Assembly: GCF_009914755.1 (NCBI RefSeq) | Contig: NC_060929.1 | DNA: 64,000 bases | Strand: one strand, 5' to 3' | Origin: the human T2T-CHM13v2.0 reference genome, Homo sapiens | Shown: positions 11,801-25,936 of the stretch, piece after piece | Position numbering within the stretch: the first letter of the stretch is position 1 | Layout of the letters: the number at the start of each line of letters is the position of its first letter | The notes under the pieces: generated by a model | Told to the model about the DNA's origin: nothing | The model's database searches: none | What the model saw: the letters and a program-made list of their open reading frames with translations, nothing else | Position numbers and translations under genes: made by a program

Positions 11801-14800
11801 GCGATGTGTACGTTGAACTCTCAGAGTTTAACTTTTCTTTTCATTCAGCAGTTTGGAAACACTCTGTTTGTAATGTCTGCACGTGGATAATTTGACCACT
11901 TAGAGGCCTTCGTTGGAAACGGGTTTTTTTCATGTAAGGCTAGACAGAAGAATTCTCAGTAACTTCCTTGTGTTGTGTGTATTCAACTCACAGAGTTGAA
12001 CGATCCTTTACACAGAGCAGACTTGTAACACTCTTTTTGTGGAATTTGCAAGTGGAGATTTCAGCCGCTTTGAAGTCAAAGGTAGAAAAGGAAATATCTT
12101 CCTATAAAAACTAGACAGAATGATTCTCAGAAACTCCTTTGTGATGTGTGCGTTCAACTCACAGAGTTTAACCTTTCTTTTCATAGAGCAGTTAGGAAAC
12201 ACTCTGCTTGTAAAGTCTGCAAGTGGATATTCAGCCCTCTTTGAGGCCTTCGTTGGAAACGGGTTTTTTTCATATAAGGCTAGACAGAAGAATTCCCAGT
12301 AACTTCCTTGTGTTGTGTGTGTTCAACTCACAGAGTTGAACTTTGATTTACACAGAGCAGATTTGAAACACTCTTTTTGTGGAATTTGCAAGTGGAGATT
12401 TCAAGCGCTTTGAGGCCAAAGGCAGAAAAGGAAATATCTTCGTATGAAAACTAGACAGAATCATTCTCAGAAACTGCTCTGCGATGTGTGCGTTCAACTC
12501 TCAGAGTTTAACTTTTCTTTTCATTCAGCAGTTTGGAAACACTCTGTTTGTAAAGTCTGAACGTGGATATTTTGACCACTTAGAGGCCTTCGTTGGAAAC
12601 GGGTTTTTTTCCTGTAAGGCTAGACAGAAGAATTCCCAGTAACTTCCTTGTGTTGTGTACATTCAACTCACAGAGTTGAACGTTCCCTTAGACAGAGCAG
12701 ATTTGAAACACTCTTTTTGTGCAATTGGCAAGTGGAGATTTCAAGCGCTTTAAGGTCAATGGCAGAAAAGGAAATATCTTCGTTTCAAAACTAGACAGAA
12801 TCATTCCCACAAACTGCGTTGTGATGTGTTCGTTCATCTCACAGAGTTTAACCTTTCTTTTCATAGAGCAGTTAGGAAACACTCTGTTTGTAAATTCTGT
12901 AAGTGGATATTCTGACATCTTGTGGCCTTCGTTGGAAACGGGATTTCTTCATATTCTGCTAGACAGAAGAATTCTCAGAATCTTCCTTGTGTTGTGTGTA
13001 TTCAACTCACACAGTTGAACGATGGTTTACACAGAGCAGATTTGAAACACTCTTTTTGTGGAATTTGCAAGTGGAGATTTCAGCCGCTTTGAGGTCAATG
13101 GTAGAAAAGGAAATATCTTCGTATAAAAACTAGACAGAATGATTCTCAGAAACTTCTTTGTGATGTGTGCGTTCAACTCACAGAGTTTAACCTTTCTTTT
13201 CATAGAGCAGTTAGGAAACACTGTTTGTAAACTCTGCAAGTGGATATTCAGACCTCTTTGAGGCCTTCGTTGGAAACGGGATTTCTTCATACTGTGCTAG
13301 ACAGAAGAGTTCTCAGTAACTTCCTTGTGTTGTGTGTATTCAACTCACAGAGTTGAACGATCCTTTACACAGAGCAGACTTGAAACACTCTTTTTGTGGA
13401 ATTTGCAAGTGGAGATTTCAGCCGCGTTGAGGTCAATGGTAGAAAAGGAAATATCTTCGTATAAAAACTAGACAGAATGATTCTCAGAAACTCCTTTGAG
13501 ATGTGTGTGTTCAACTCACAGAGTTTAACCTTTCTTTTCATAGAGCAGTTAGGAATCACTCTGTTTGTAAAGTCTGCAAGTGGATATTCAGACCTCTTTG
13601 AGGCCTTCGTTGGAAACGGGTTTTTTTCATATAAGGCTAGACAGAAGAATTCCCAGTAACTTCCTTGTGTTGTGTGTGTTCAACTCACAGAGTTGAACTT
13701 TCATTTACACAGAGCAGATTTGAAACACTCTTTTTGTGGAATTTGCAAATGGAGATTTCAAGCGCTTTGAGGCCAAAGGCAGAAAAGGAAATATCTTCGT
13801 ATAAAAACTAGACAGAATCATTCTCAGAAACTGCTCTGCGATGTGTGCGTTCAACTCTCAGAGTTTAACTTTGCTTTTCATTCAGCAGTTTGGAAACACT
13901 CTGTTTGTAAAGTCTGCACGTGGATAATTTGACCACTTAGAGGCCTTCGTTGGAAACGGGTTTTTTTCATGTAAGGCTAGACAGAAGAATTCTCACTAAC
14001 TTCCTTGTGTTGTGTGTATTCAACTCACACAGTTGAACGATCCTTTACACAGAGCAGACTTGTAACACTCTTTTTGTGGAATTTGCAAGTGGAGATTTCA
14101 GCCGCTTTGAAGTCAAAGGTAGAAAAGGAAATATCTTCCTATAAAAACTACACAGAATGATTCTCAGAAACTCCTTTGTGATGTGTGCGTTCAACTCACA
14201 GAGTTTAACCTTTCTTTTCATAGAGGAGTTAGGAAACACTCTGTTTGTAAAGTCTGCAAGTGGATATTCAGACCTCTTTGAGGCCTTCGTTGGAAACGGG
14301 TTTTTTTCATATAAGGCTAGACAGAAGAATTCCCAGTAACTTCCTTGTGTTGTGTGTGTTCAACTCACAGAGTTGAACTTTCATTTACACAGAGCAGATT
14401 TGAAACACTCTTTTTGTGGAATTTGCAAGTGGAGATTTCAAGCGCTTTGAGGCCAAAGGCAGAAAAGGAAATATCTTCGTATAAAAACTAGACAGAATCA
14501 TTCTCAGAAACTGCTCTGTGATGTGTGCGTTCAACTCTCAGAGTTTAACTTTTCTTTTCATTCAGCAGTTTGGAAACACTCTGTTTGTAAAGTCTGCACG
14601 TGGATAATTTGACCACTTAGAGACCTTCGTTGGAAACGGGTTTTTTTCATGTAAGGCTAGACAGAAGAGTTCTCAGTAACTTCCTTGTGTTGTGTGTATT
14701 CAACTCACACAGTTGAACGATCCTTTACACAGAGCAGACTTGTAACACTCTTTTTGTGGAATTTGCAAGTGGAGATTTCAGCCGCTTTGAAGTCAAAGTA

Positions 14801-17800
14801 GAAAAGGAAATATCTTCCTATAAAAACTAGACAGAATGATTCTCAGAAACTCCTTTGTGATGTGTGCGTTCAACTCACAGAGTTTAACCTTTCTTTTCAT
14901 AGAGCAGTTAGGAAACACTCTGTTTGTAAAGTCTGCAAGTGGATATTCAGACCTCTTTGAGGCCTTCGTTGGAAACGGGTTTTTTTCATATAAGGCTAGA
15001 CAGAAGAATTCCCAGTAACTTCCTTGTGTTGTGTGTGTTCAACTCACAGAGTTGAACTTTCATTTACACAGAGCAGATTTGAAACACTCTTTTTGTGGAA
15101 TTTGCAGGTGGAGATTTCAAGCGCTTTGAGGCCAAAGGCAGAAAAGGAAATATCTTCGTATAAAAACTAGACAGAATCATTCTCAGAAACTGCTCTGCGA
15201 TGTGTGCGTTCAACTCTCAGAGTTTAACTTTTCTTTTCATTCAGCAGTTTGGAAACACTCTGTTTGTAAAGTCTGCACGTGGATAATTTGACCACTTAGA
15301 GGCCTTCGTTGGAAACGGGTTTTTTTCATGTAAGGCTAGACAGAAGAATTCTCAGTAACTTCCTTGTGTTGTGTGTATTCAACTCACAGAGTTGAACGAT
15401 CCTTTACACAGAGCAGACTTGTAACACTCTTTTTGTGGAATTTGCAAGTGGAGATTTCAGCCGCTTTGAAGTCAAAGGTAGAAAAGGAAATATCTTCCTA
15501 TAAAAACTAGACAGAATGATTCTCAGAAACTCCTTTGTGATGTGTGCGTTCAACTCACAGAGTTTAACCTTTCTTTTCATAGAGCAGTTAGGAAACACTC
15601 TGCTTGTAAAGTCTGCAAGTGGATATTCAGCCCTCTTTGAGGCCTTCGTTGGAAACGGGTTTTTTTCATATAAGGCTAGACAGAAGAATTCCCAGTAACT
15701 TCCTTGTGTTGTGTGTGTTCAACTCACAGAGTTGAACTTTGATTTACACAGAGCAGATTTGAAACACTCTTTTTGTGGAATTTGCAAGTGGAGATTTCAA
15801 GCGCTTTGAGGCCAAAGGCAGAAAAGGAAATATCTTCGTATAAAAACTAGACAGAATCATTCTCAGAAACTGCTCTGCGATGTGTGCGTTCAACTCTCAG
15901 AGTTTAACTTTTCTTTTCATTCAGCAGTTTGGAAACACTCTGTTTGTAAAGTCTGCACGTGGATATTTTGACCACTTAGAGGCCTTCGTTGGAAACGGGT
16001 TTTTTTCCTGTAAGGCTAGACAGAAGAATTCCCAGTAACTTCCTTGTGTTGTGTACATTCAACTCACAGAGTTGAACGTTCCCTTAGACAGAGCAGATTT
16101 GAAACACTCTTTTTGTGCAATTGGCAAGTGGAGATTTCAAGCGCTTTAAGGTCAATGGCAGAAAAGGAAATATCTTCGTTTCAAAACTAGACAGAATCAT
16201 TCCCACAAACTGCGTTGTGATGTGTTCGTTCATCTCACAGAGTTTAACCTTTCTTTTCATAGAGCAGTTAGGAAACACTCTGTTTGTAAATTCTGTAAGT
16301 GGATATTCTGACATCTTGTGGCCTTCGTTGGAAACGGGATTTCTTCATATCCTGCTAGACAGAAGAATTCTCAGAATCTTCCTTGTGTTGTGTGTATTCA
16401 ACTCACACAGTTGAACGAAGGTTTACACAGAGCAGATTTGAAACACTCTTTTTGTGGAATTTGCAAGTGGAGATTTCAGCCGCTTTAAGGTCAATGGTAG
16501 AAAAGGAAATATCTTCGTATAAAAACTAGACAGAATGATTCTCAGAAACTTCTTTGTGATGTGTGCGTTCAACTCACAGAGTTTAACCTTTCTTTTCATA
16601 GAGCACTTAGGAAACACTCTGTTTGTAAACTCTGCAAGTGGATATTCAGACCTCTTTGAGGCCTTCGTTGGAAACGGGATTTCTTCATACTGTGCTAGAC
16701 AGAAGAATTCTCAGTAACTTCCTTGTGTTGTGTGTATTCAACTCACAGAGTTGAACGATCCTTTACACAGAGCAGACTTGAAACACTCTTTTTGTGGAAT
16801 TTGCAAGTGGAGATTTCAGCCGCGTTGAGGTCAATGGTAGAAAAGGAAATATCTTCGTATAAAAACTAGACAGAATGATTCTCAGAAACTCCTTTGAGAT
16901 GTGTGTGTTCAACTCACAGAGTTTAACCTTTCTTTTCATAGAGCAGTTAGGAATCACTCTGTTTGTAAAGTCTGCAAGTGGATATTCAGACCTCTTTGAG
17001 GCCTTCGTTGGAAACGGGTTTTTTTCATATAAGGCTAGACAGAAGAATTCCCAGTAACTTCCTTGTGTTGTGTGTGTTCAACTCACAGAGTTGAACTTTC
17101 ATTTACACAGAGCAGATTTGAAACACTCTTTTTGTGGAATTTGCAAATGGAGATTTCAAGCGCTTTGAGGCCAAAGGCAGAAAAGGAAATATCTTCGTAT
17201 AAAAACTAGACAGAATCATTCTCAGAAACTGCTCTGCGATGTGTGCGTTCAACTCTCAGAGTTTAACTTTGCTTTTCATTCAGCAGTTTGGAAACACTCT
17301 GTTTGTAAAGTCTGCACGTGGATAATTTGACCACTTAGAGGCCTTCGTTGGAAACGGGTTTTTTTCATGTAAGGCTAGACAGAAGAATTCTCAGTAACTT
17401 CCTTGTGTTGTGTGTATTCAACTCACAGAGTTGAACGATCCTTTACACAGAGCAGACTTGTAACACTCTTTTTGTGGAATTTGCAAGTGGAGATTTCAGC
17501 CGCTTTGAAGTCAAAGGTAGAAAAGGAAATATCTTCCTATAAAAACTACACAGAATGATTCTCAGAAACTCCTTTGTGATGTGTGCGTTCAACTCACAGA
17601 GTTTAACCTTTCTTTTCATAGAGGAGTTAGGAAACACTCTGTTTGTAAAGTCTGCAAGTGGATATTCAGACCTCTTTGAGGCCTTCGTTGGAAACGGGTT
17701 TTTTTCATATAAGGCTAGACAGAAGAATTCCCAGTAACTTCCTTGTGTTGTGTGTGTTCAACTCACAGAGTTGAACTTTCATTTACACAGAGCAGATTTG

Positions 17801-20800
17801 AAACACTCTTTTTGTGGAATTTGCAAGTGGAGATTTCAAGCGCTTTGAGGCCAAAGGCAGAAAAGGAAATATCTTCGTATAAAAACTAGACAGAATCATT
17901 CTCAGAAACTGCTCTGTGATGTGTGCGTTCAACTCTCAGAGTTTAACTTTTCTTTTCATTCAGCAGTTTGGAAACACTCTGTTTGTAAAGTCTGCACGTG
18001 GATAATTTGACCACTTAGAGGCCTTCGTTGGAAACGGGTTTTTTTCATGTAAGGCTAGACAGAAGAGTTCTCAGTAACTTCCTTGTGTTGTGTGTATTCA
18101 ACTCACACGGTTGAACGATCCTTTACACAGAGCAGACTTGTAACACTCTTTTTGTGGAATTTGCAAGTGGAGATTTCAGCCGCTTTGAAGTCAAAGTAGA
18201 AAAGGAAATATCTTCCTATAAAAACTAGACAGAATGATTCTCAGAAACTCCTTTGTGATGTGTGCGTTCAACTCACAGAGTTTAACCTTTCTTTTCATAG
18301 AGCAGTTAGGAAACACTCTGTTTGTAAAGTCTGCAAGTGGATATTCAGACCTCTTTGAGGCCTTCGTTGGAAACGGGTTTTTTTCATATAAGGCTAGACA
18401 GAAGAATTCCCAGTAACTTCCTTGTGTTGTGTGTGTTCAACTCACAGAGTTGAACTTTCATTTACACAGAGCAGATTTGAAACACTCTTTTTGTGGAATT
18501 TGCAGGTGGAGATTTCAAGCGCTTTGAGGCCAAAGGCAGAAAAGGAAATATCTTCGTATAAAAACTAGACAGAATCATTCTCAGAAACTGCTCTGCGATG
18601 TGTGCGTTGAACTCTCAGAGTTTAACTTTTCTTTTCATTCAGCAGTTTGGAAACACTCTGTTTGTAAAGTCTGCACGTGGATAATTTGACCACTTAGAGG
18701 CCTTCGTTGGAAACGGGTTTTTTTCATGTAAGGCTAGACAGAAGAATTCTCAGTAACTTCCTTGTGTTGTGTGTATTCAACTCACAGAGTTGAACGATCC
18801 TTTACACAGAGCAGACTTGTAACACTCTTTTTGTGGAATTTGCAAGTGGAGATTTCAGCCGCTTTGAAGTCAAAGGTAGAAAAGGAAATATCTTCCTATA
18901 AAAACTAGACAGAATGATTCTCAGAAACTCCTTTGTGATGTGTGCGTTCAACTCACAGAGTTTAACCTTTCTTTTCATAGAGCAGTTAGGAAACACTCTG
19001 CTTGTAAAGTCTGCAAGTGGATATTCAGCCCTCTTTGAGGCCTTCGTTGGAAACGGGTTTTTTTCATATAAGGCTAGACAGAAGAATTCCCAGTAACTTC
19101 CTTGTGTTGTGTGTGTTCAACTCACAGAGTTGAACTTTGATTTACACAGAGCAGATTTGAAACACTCTTTTTGTGGAATTTGCAAGTGGAGATTTCAAGC
19201 GCTTTGAGGCCAAAGGCAGAAAAGGAAATATCTTCGTATGAAAACTAGACAGAATCATTCTCAGAAACTGCTCTGCGATGTGTGCGTTCAACTCTCAGAG
19301 TTTAACTTTTCTTTTCATTCAGCAGTTTGGAAACACTCTGTTTGTAAAGTCTGCACGTGGATATTTTGACCACTTAGAGGCCTTCGTTGGAAACGGGTTT
19401 TTTTCCTGTAAGGCTAGACAGAAGAATTCCCAGTAACTTCCTTGTGTTGTGTACATTCAACTCACAGAGTTGAACGTTCCCTTAGACAGAGCAGATTTGA
19501 AACACTCTTTTTGTGCAATTGGCAAGTGGAGATTTCAAGCGCTTTAAGGTCAATGGCAGAAAAGGAAATATCTTCGTTTCAAAACTAGACAGAATCATTC
19601 CCACAAACTGCGTTGTGATGTGTTCGTTCATCTCACAGAGTTTAACCTTTCTTTTCATAGAGCAGTTAGGAAACACTCTGTTTGTAAATTCTGTAAGTGG
19701 ATATTCTGACATCTTGTGGCCTTCGTTGGAAACGGGATTTCTTCATATTCTGCTAGACAGAAGAATTCTCAGAATCTTCCTTGTGTTGTGTGTATTCAAC
19801 TCACACAGTTGAACGATGGTTTACACAGAGCAGATTTGAAACACTCTTTTTGTGGAATTTGCAAGTGGAGATTTCAGCCGCTTTGAGGTCAATGGTAGAA
19901 AAGGAAATATCTTCGTATAAAAACTAGACAGAATGATTCTCAGAAACTTCTTTGTGATGTGTGCGTTCAACTCACAGAGTTTAACCTTTCTTTTCATAGA
20001 GCAGTTAGGAAACACTCTGTTTGTAAACTCTGCAAGTGGATATTCAGACCTCTTTGAGGCCTTCGTTGGAAACGGGATTTCTTCATACTGTGCTAGACAG
20101 AAGAGTTCTCAGTAACTTCCTTGTGTTGTGTGTATTCAACTCACAGAGTTGAACGATCCTTTACACAGAGCAGACTTGAAACACTCTTTTTGTGGAATTT
20201 GCAAGTGGAGATTTCAGCCGCGTTGAGGTCAATGGTAGAAAAGGAAATATCTTCGTATAAAAACTAGACAGAATGATTCTCAGAAACTCCTTTGAGATGT
20301 GTGTGTTCAACTCACAGAGTTTAACCTTTCTTTTCATAGAGCAGTTAGGAATCACTCTGTTTGTAAAGTCTGCAAGTGGATATTCAGACCTCTTTGAGGC
20401 CTTCGTTGGAAACGGGTTTTTTTCATATAAGGCTAGACAGAAGAATTCCCAGTAACTTCCTTGTGTTGTGTGTGTTCAACTCACAGAGTTGAACTTTCAT
20501 TTACACAGAGCAGATTTGAAACACTCTTTTTGTGGAATTTGCAAATGGAGATTTCAAGCGCTTTGAGGCCAAAGGCAGAAAAGGAAATATCTTCGTATAA
20601 AAACTAGACAGAATCATTCTCAGAAACTGCTCTGCGATGTGTGCGTTCAACTCTCAGAGTTTAACTTTGCTTTTCATTCAGCAGTTTGGAAACACTCTGT
20701 TTGTAAAGTCTGCACGTGGATAATTTGACCACTTAGAGGCCTTCGTTGGAAAAGGGTTTTTTTCATGTAAGGCTAGACAGAAGAATTCTCAGTAACTTCC

Positions 20801-22879
20801 TTGTGTTGTGTGTATTCAACTCACACAGTTGAACGATCCTTTACACAGAGCAGACTTGTAACACTCTTTTTGTGGAATTTGCAAGTGGAGATTTCAGCCG
20901 CTTTGAAGTCAAAGGTAGAAAAGGAAATATCTTCCTATAAAAACTACACAGAATGATTCTCAGAAACTCCTTTGTGATGTGTGCGTTCAACTCACAGAGT
21001 TTAACCTTTCTTTTCATAGAGGAGTTAGAAAACACTCTGTTTGTAAAGTCTGCAAGTGGATATTCAGACCTCTTTGAGGCCTTCGTTGGAAACGGGTTTT
21101 TTTCATATAAGGCTAGACAGAAGAATTCCCAGTAACTTCCTTGTGTTGTGTGTGTTCAACTCACAGAGTTGAACTTTCATTTACACAGAGCAGATTTGAA
21201 ACACTCTTTTTGTGGAATTTGCAAGTGGAGATTTCAAGCGCTTTGAGGCCAAAGGCAGAAAAGGAAATATCTTCGTATAAAAACTAGACAGAATCATTCT
21301 CAGAAACTGCTCTGTGATGTGTGCGTTCAACTCTCAGAGTTTAACCTTTCTTTTCATTCAGCAGTTTGGAAACACTCTGTTTGTAAAGTCTGCACGTGGA
21401 TAATTTGACCACTTAGAGGCCTTCGTTGGAAACGGGTTTTTTTCATGTAAGGCTAGACAGAAGAGTTCTCAGTAACTTCCTTGTGTTGTGTGTATTCAAC
21501 TCACACGGTTGAACGATCCTTTACACAGAGCAGACTTGTAACACTCTTTTTGTGGAATTTGCAAGTGGAGATTTCAGCCGCTTTGAAGTCAAAGTAGAAA
21601 AGGAAATATCTTCCTATAAAAACTAGACAGAATGATTCTCAGAAACTCCTTTGTGATGTGTGCGTTCAACTCACAGAGTTTAACCTTTCTTTTCATAGAG
21701 CAGTTAGGAAACACTCTGTTTGTAAAGTCTGCAAGTGGATATTCAGACCTCTTTGAGGCCTTCGTTGGAAACGGGTTTTTTTCATATAAGGCTAGACAGA
21801 AGAATTCCCAGTAACTTCCTTGTGTTGTGTGTGTTCAACTCACAGAGTTGAACTTTCATTTACACAGAGCAGATTTGAAACACTCTTTTTGTGGAATTTG
21901 CAGGTGGAGATTTCAAGCGCTTTGAGGCCAAAGGCAGAAAAGGAAATATCTTCGTATAAAAACTAGACAGAATCATTCTCAGAAACTGCTCTGCGATGTG
22001 TGCGTTCAACTCTCAGAGTTTAACTTTTCTTTTCATTCAGCAGTTTGGAAACACTCTGTTTGTAAAGTCTGCACGTGGATAATTTGACCACTTAGAGGCC
22101 TTCGTTGGAAACGGGTTTTTTTCATGTAAGGCTAGACAGAAGAATTCTCAGTAACTTCCTTGTGTTGTGTGTATTCAACTCACAGAGTTGAACGATCCTT
22201 TACACAGAGCAGACTTGTAACACTCTTTTTGTGGAATTTGCAAGTGGAGATTTCAGCCGCTTTGAAGTCAAAGGTAGAAAAGGAAATATCTTCCTATAAA
22301 AACTAGACAGAATGATTCTCAGAAACTCCTTTGTGATGTGTGCGTTCAACTCACAGAGTTTAACCTTTCTTTTCATAGAGCAGTTAGGAAACACTCTGCT
22401 TGTAAAGTCTGCAAGTGGATATTCAGCCCTCTTTGAGGCCTTCGTTGGAAACGGGTTTTTTTCATATAAGGCTAGACAGAAGAATTCCCAGTAACTTCCT
22501 TGTGTTGTGTGTGTTCAACTCACAGAGTTGAACTTTGATTTACACAGAGCAGATTTGAAACACTCTTTTTGTGGAATTTGCAAGTGGAGATTTCAAGCGC
22601 TTTGAGGCCAAAGGCAGAAAAGGAAATATCTTCGTATGAAAACTAGACAGAATCATTCTCAGAAACTGCTCTGCGATGTGTGCGTTCAACTCTCAGAGTT
22701 TAACTTTTCTTTTCATTCAGCAGTTTGGAAACACTCTGTTTGTAAAGTCTGCACGTGGATATTTTGACCACTTAGAGGCCTTCGTTGGAAACGGGTTTTT
22801 TTCCTGTAAGGCTAGACAGAAGAATTCCCAGTAACTTCCTTGTGTTGTGTACATTCAACTCACAGAGTTGAACGTTCCC
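5894..22879 (+). repeat. Five tandem 20-mer HOR units (3398, 3396, 3396, 3398, 3398 bp)
   Basis: Dimer-A anchors at 5894, 9292, 12688, 16084, 19482 and 22880; same order A-B-C-D1-E1-D2-E2-D3-E3-D4 in each. Confidence 0.93.
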
Positions 22880-24237
22880 TTAGACAGAGCAGATTTGAAA
22901 CACTCTTTTTGTGCAATTGGCAAGTGGAGATTTCAAGCGCTTTAAGGTCAATGGCAGAAAAGGAAATATCTTCGTTTCAAAACTAGACAGAATCATTCCC
23001 ACAAACTGCGTTGTGATGTGTTCGTTCATCTCACAGAGTTTAACCTTTCTTTTCATAGAGCAGTTAGGAAACACTCTGTTTGTAAATTCTGTAAGTGGAT
23101 ATTCTGACATCTTGTGGCCTTCGTTGGAAACGGGATTTCTTCATATTCTGCTAGACAGAAGAATTCTCAGAATCTTCCTTGTGTTGTGTGTATTCAACTC
23201 ACACAGTTGAACGATGGTTTACACAGAGCAGATTTGAAACACTCTTTTTGTGGAATTTGCAAGTGGAGATTTCAGCCGCTTTGAGGTCAATGGTAGAAAA
23301 GGAAATATCTTCGTATAAAAACTAGACAGAATGATTCTCAGAAACTTCTTTGTGATGTGTGCGTTCAACTCACAGAGTTTAACCTTTCTTTTCATAGAGC
23401 AGTTAGGAAACACTCTGTTTGTAAACTCTGCAAGTGGATATTCAGACCTCTTTGAGGCCTTCGTTGGAAACGGGATTTCTTCATACTGTGCTAGACAGAA
23501 GAGTTCTCAGTAACTTCCTTGTGTTGTGTGTATTCAACTCACAGAGTTGAACGATCCTTTACACAGAGCAGACTTGAAACACTCTTTTTGTGGAATTTGC
23601 AAGTGGAGATTTCAGCCGCTTTGAAGTCAAAGTAGAAAAGGAAATATCTTCCTATAAAAACTAGACAGAATGATTCTCAGAAACTCCTTTGTGATGTGTG
23701 CGTTCAACTCACAGAGTTTAACCTTTCTTTTCATAGAGCAGTTAGGAAACACTCTGCTTGTAAAGTCTGCAAGTGGATATTCAGCCCTCTTTGAGGCCTT
23801 CGTTGGAAACGGGTTTTTTTCATATAAGGCTAGACAGAAGAATTCCCAGTAACTTCCTTGTGTTGTGTGTGTTCAACTCACAGAGTTGAACTTTGATTTA
23901 CACAGAGCAGATTTGAAACACTCTTTTTGTGGAATTTGCAAGTGGAGATTTCAAGCGCTTTGAGGCCAAAGGCAGAAAAGGAAATATCTTCGTATGAAAA
24001 CTAGACAGAATCATTCTCAGAAACTGCTCTGCGATGTGTGCGTTCAACTCTCAGAGTTTAACTTTTCTTTTCATTCAGCAGTTTGGAAACACTCTGTTTG
24101 TAAAGTCTGCACGTGGATATTTTGACCACTTAGAGGCCTTCGTTGGAAACGGGTTTTTTTCCTGTAAGGCTAGACAGAAGAATTCCCAGTAACTTCCTTG
24201 TGTTGTGTACATTCAACTCACAGAGTTGAACGTTCCC
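22880..24237 (+). repeat. 8-mer HOR variant (1358 bp): A-B-[C/E2/E3 mosaic]-D4
   Basis: Anchor spacing 22880 to 24238; mosaic markers at about 23577, 23631 and 23757. Confidence 0.85.
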
Positions 24238-25936
24238 TTAGACAGAGCAGATTTGAAACACTCTTTTTGTGCAATTGGCAAGTGGAGATTTCAAGCGCTT
24301 TAAGGTCAATGGCAGAAAAGGAAATATCTTCGTTTCAAAACTAGACAGAATCATTCCCACAAACTGCGTTGTGATGTGTTCGTTCATCTCACAGAGTTTA
24401 ACCTTTCTTTTCATAGAGCAGTTAGGAAACACTCTGTTTGTAAATTCTGTAAGTGGATATTCTGACATCTTGTGGCCTTCGTTGGAAACGGGATTTCTTC
24501 ATATTCTGCTAGACAGAAGAATTCTCAGAATCTTCCTTGTGTTGTGTGTATTCAACTCACACAGTTGAACGATGGTTTACACAGAGCAGATTTGAAACAC
24601 TCTTTTTGTGGAATTTGCAAGTGGAGATTTCAGCCGCTTTGAGGTCAATGGTAGAAAAGGAAATATCTTCGTATAAAAACTAGACAGAATGATTCTCAGA
24701 AACTTCTTTGTGATGTGTGCGTTCAACTCACAGAGTTTAACCTTTCTTTTCATAGAGCAGTTAGGAAACACTCTGTTTGTAAAGTCTGCAAGTGGATATT
24801 CAGACCTCTTTGAGGCCTTCGTTGGAAACGGGTTTTTTTCATATAAGGCTAGACAGAAGAATTCCCAGTAACTTCCTTGTGTTGTGTGTGTTCAACTCAC
24901 AGAGTTGAACTTTCATTTACACAGAGCAGATTTGAAACACTCTTTTTGTGGAATTTGCAGGTGGAGATTTCAAGCACTTTGAGGCCAAAGGCAGAAAAGG
25001 AAATATCTTCGTATAAAAACTAGACAGAATCATTCTCAGAAACTGCTCTGCGATGTGTGCGTTGAACTCTCAGAGTTTAACTTTTCTTTTCATTCAGCAG
25101 TTTGGAAACACTCTGTTTGTAAAGTCTGCACGTGGATAATTTGACCACTTAGAGGCCTTCGTTGGAAACGGGTTTTTTTCATGTAAGGCTAGACAGAAGA
25201 ATTCTCAGTAACTTCCTTGTGTTGTGTGTATTCAACTCACAGAGTTGAACGATCCTTTACACAGAGCAGACTTGTAACACTCTTTTTGTGGAATTTGCAA
25301 GTGGAGATTTCAGCCGCTTTGAAGTCAAAGGTAGAAAAGGAAATATCTTCCTATAAAAACTAGACAGAATGATTCTCAGAAACTCCTTTGTGATGTGTGC
25401 GTTCAACTCACAGAGTTTAACCTTTCTTTTCATAGAGCAGTTAGGAAACACTCTGCTTGTAAAGTCTGCAAGTGGATATTCAGCCCTCTTTGAGGCCTTC
25501 GTTGGAAACGGGTTTTTTTCATATAAGGCTAGACAGAAGAATTCCCAGTAACTTCCTTGTGTTGTGTGTGTTCAACTCACAGAGTTGAACTTTGATTTAC
25601 ACAGAGCAGATTTGAAACACTCTTTTTGTGGAATTTGCAAGTGGAGATTTCAAGCGCTTTGAGGCCAAAGGCAGAAAAGGAAATATCTTCGTATGAAAAC
25701 TAGACAGAATCATTCTCAGAAACTGCTCTGCGATGTGTGCGTTCAACTCTCAGAGTTTAACTTTTCTTTTCATTCAGCAGTTTGGAAACACTCTGTTTGT
25801 AAAGTCTGCACGTGGATATTTTGACCACTTAGAGGCCTTCGTTGGAAACGGGTTTTTTTCCTGTAAGGCTAGACAGAAGAATTCCCAGTAACTTCCTTGT
25901 GTTGTGTACATTCAACTCACAGAGTTGAACGTTCCC
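24238..25936 (+). repeat. 10-mer HOR variant (1699 bp): A-[B/E hybrid]-D3-E3-D4
   Basis: Anchor spacing 24238 to 25937; B marker AACTTCTTTG at 24701 followed by E-type AAAGTCTG and a CGGGTTTTTTTCATATAAGG tail. Confidence 0.85.
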
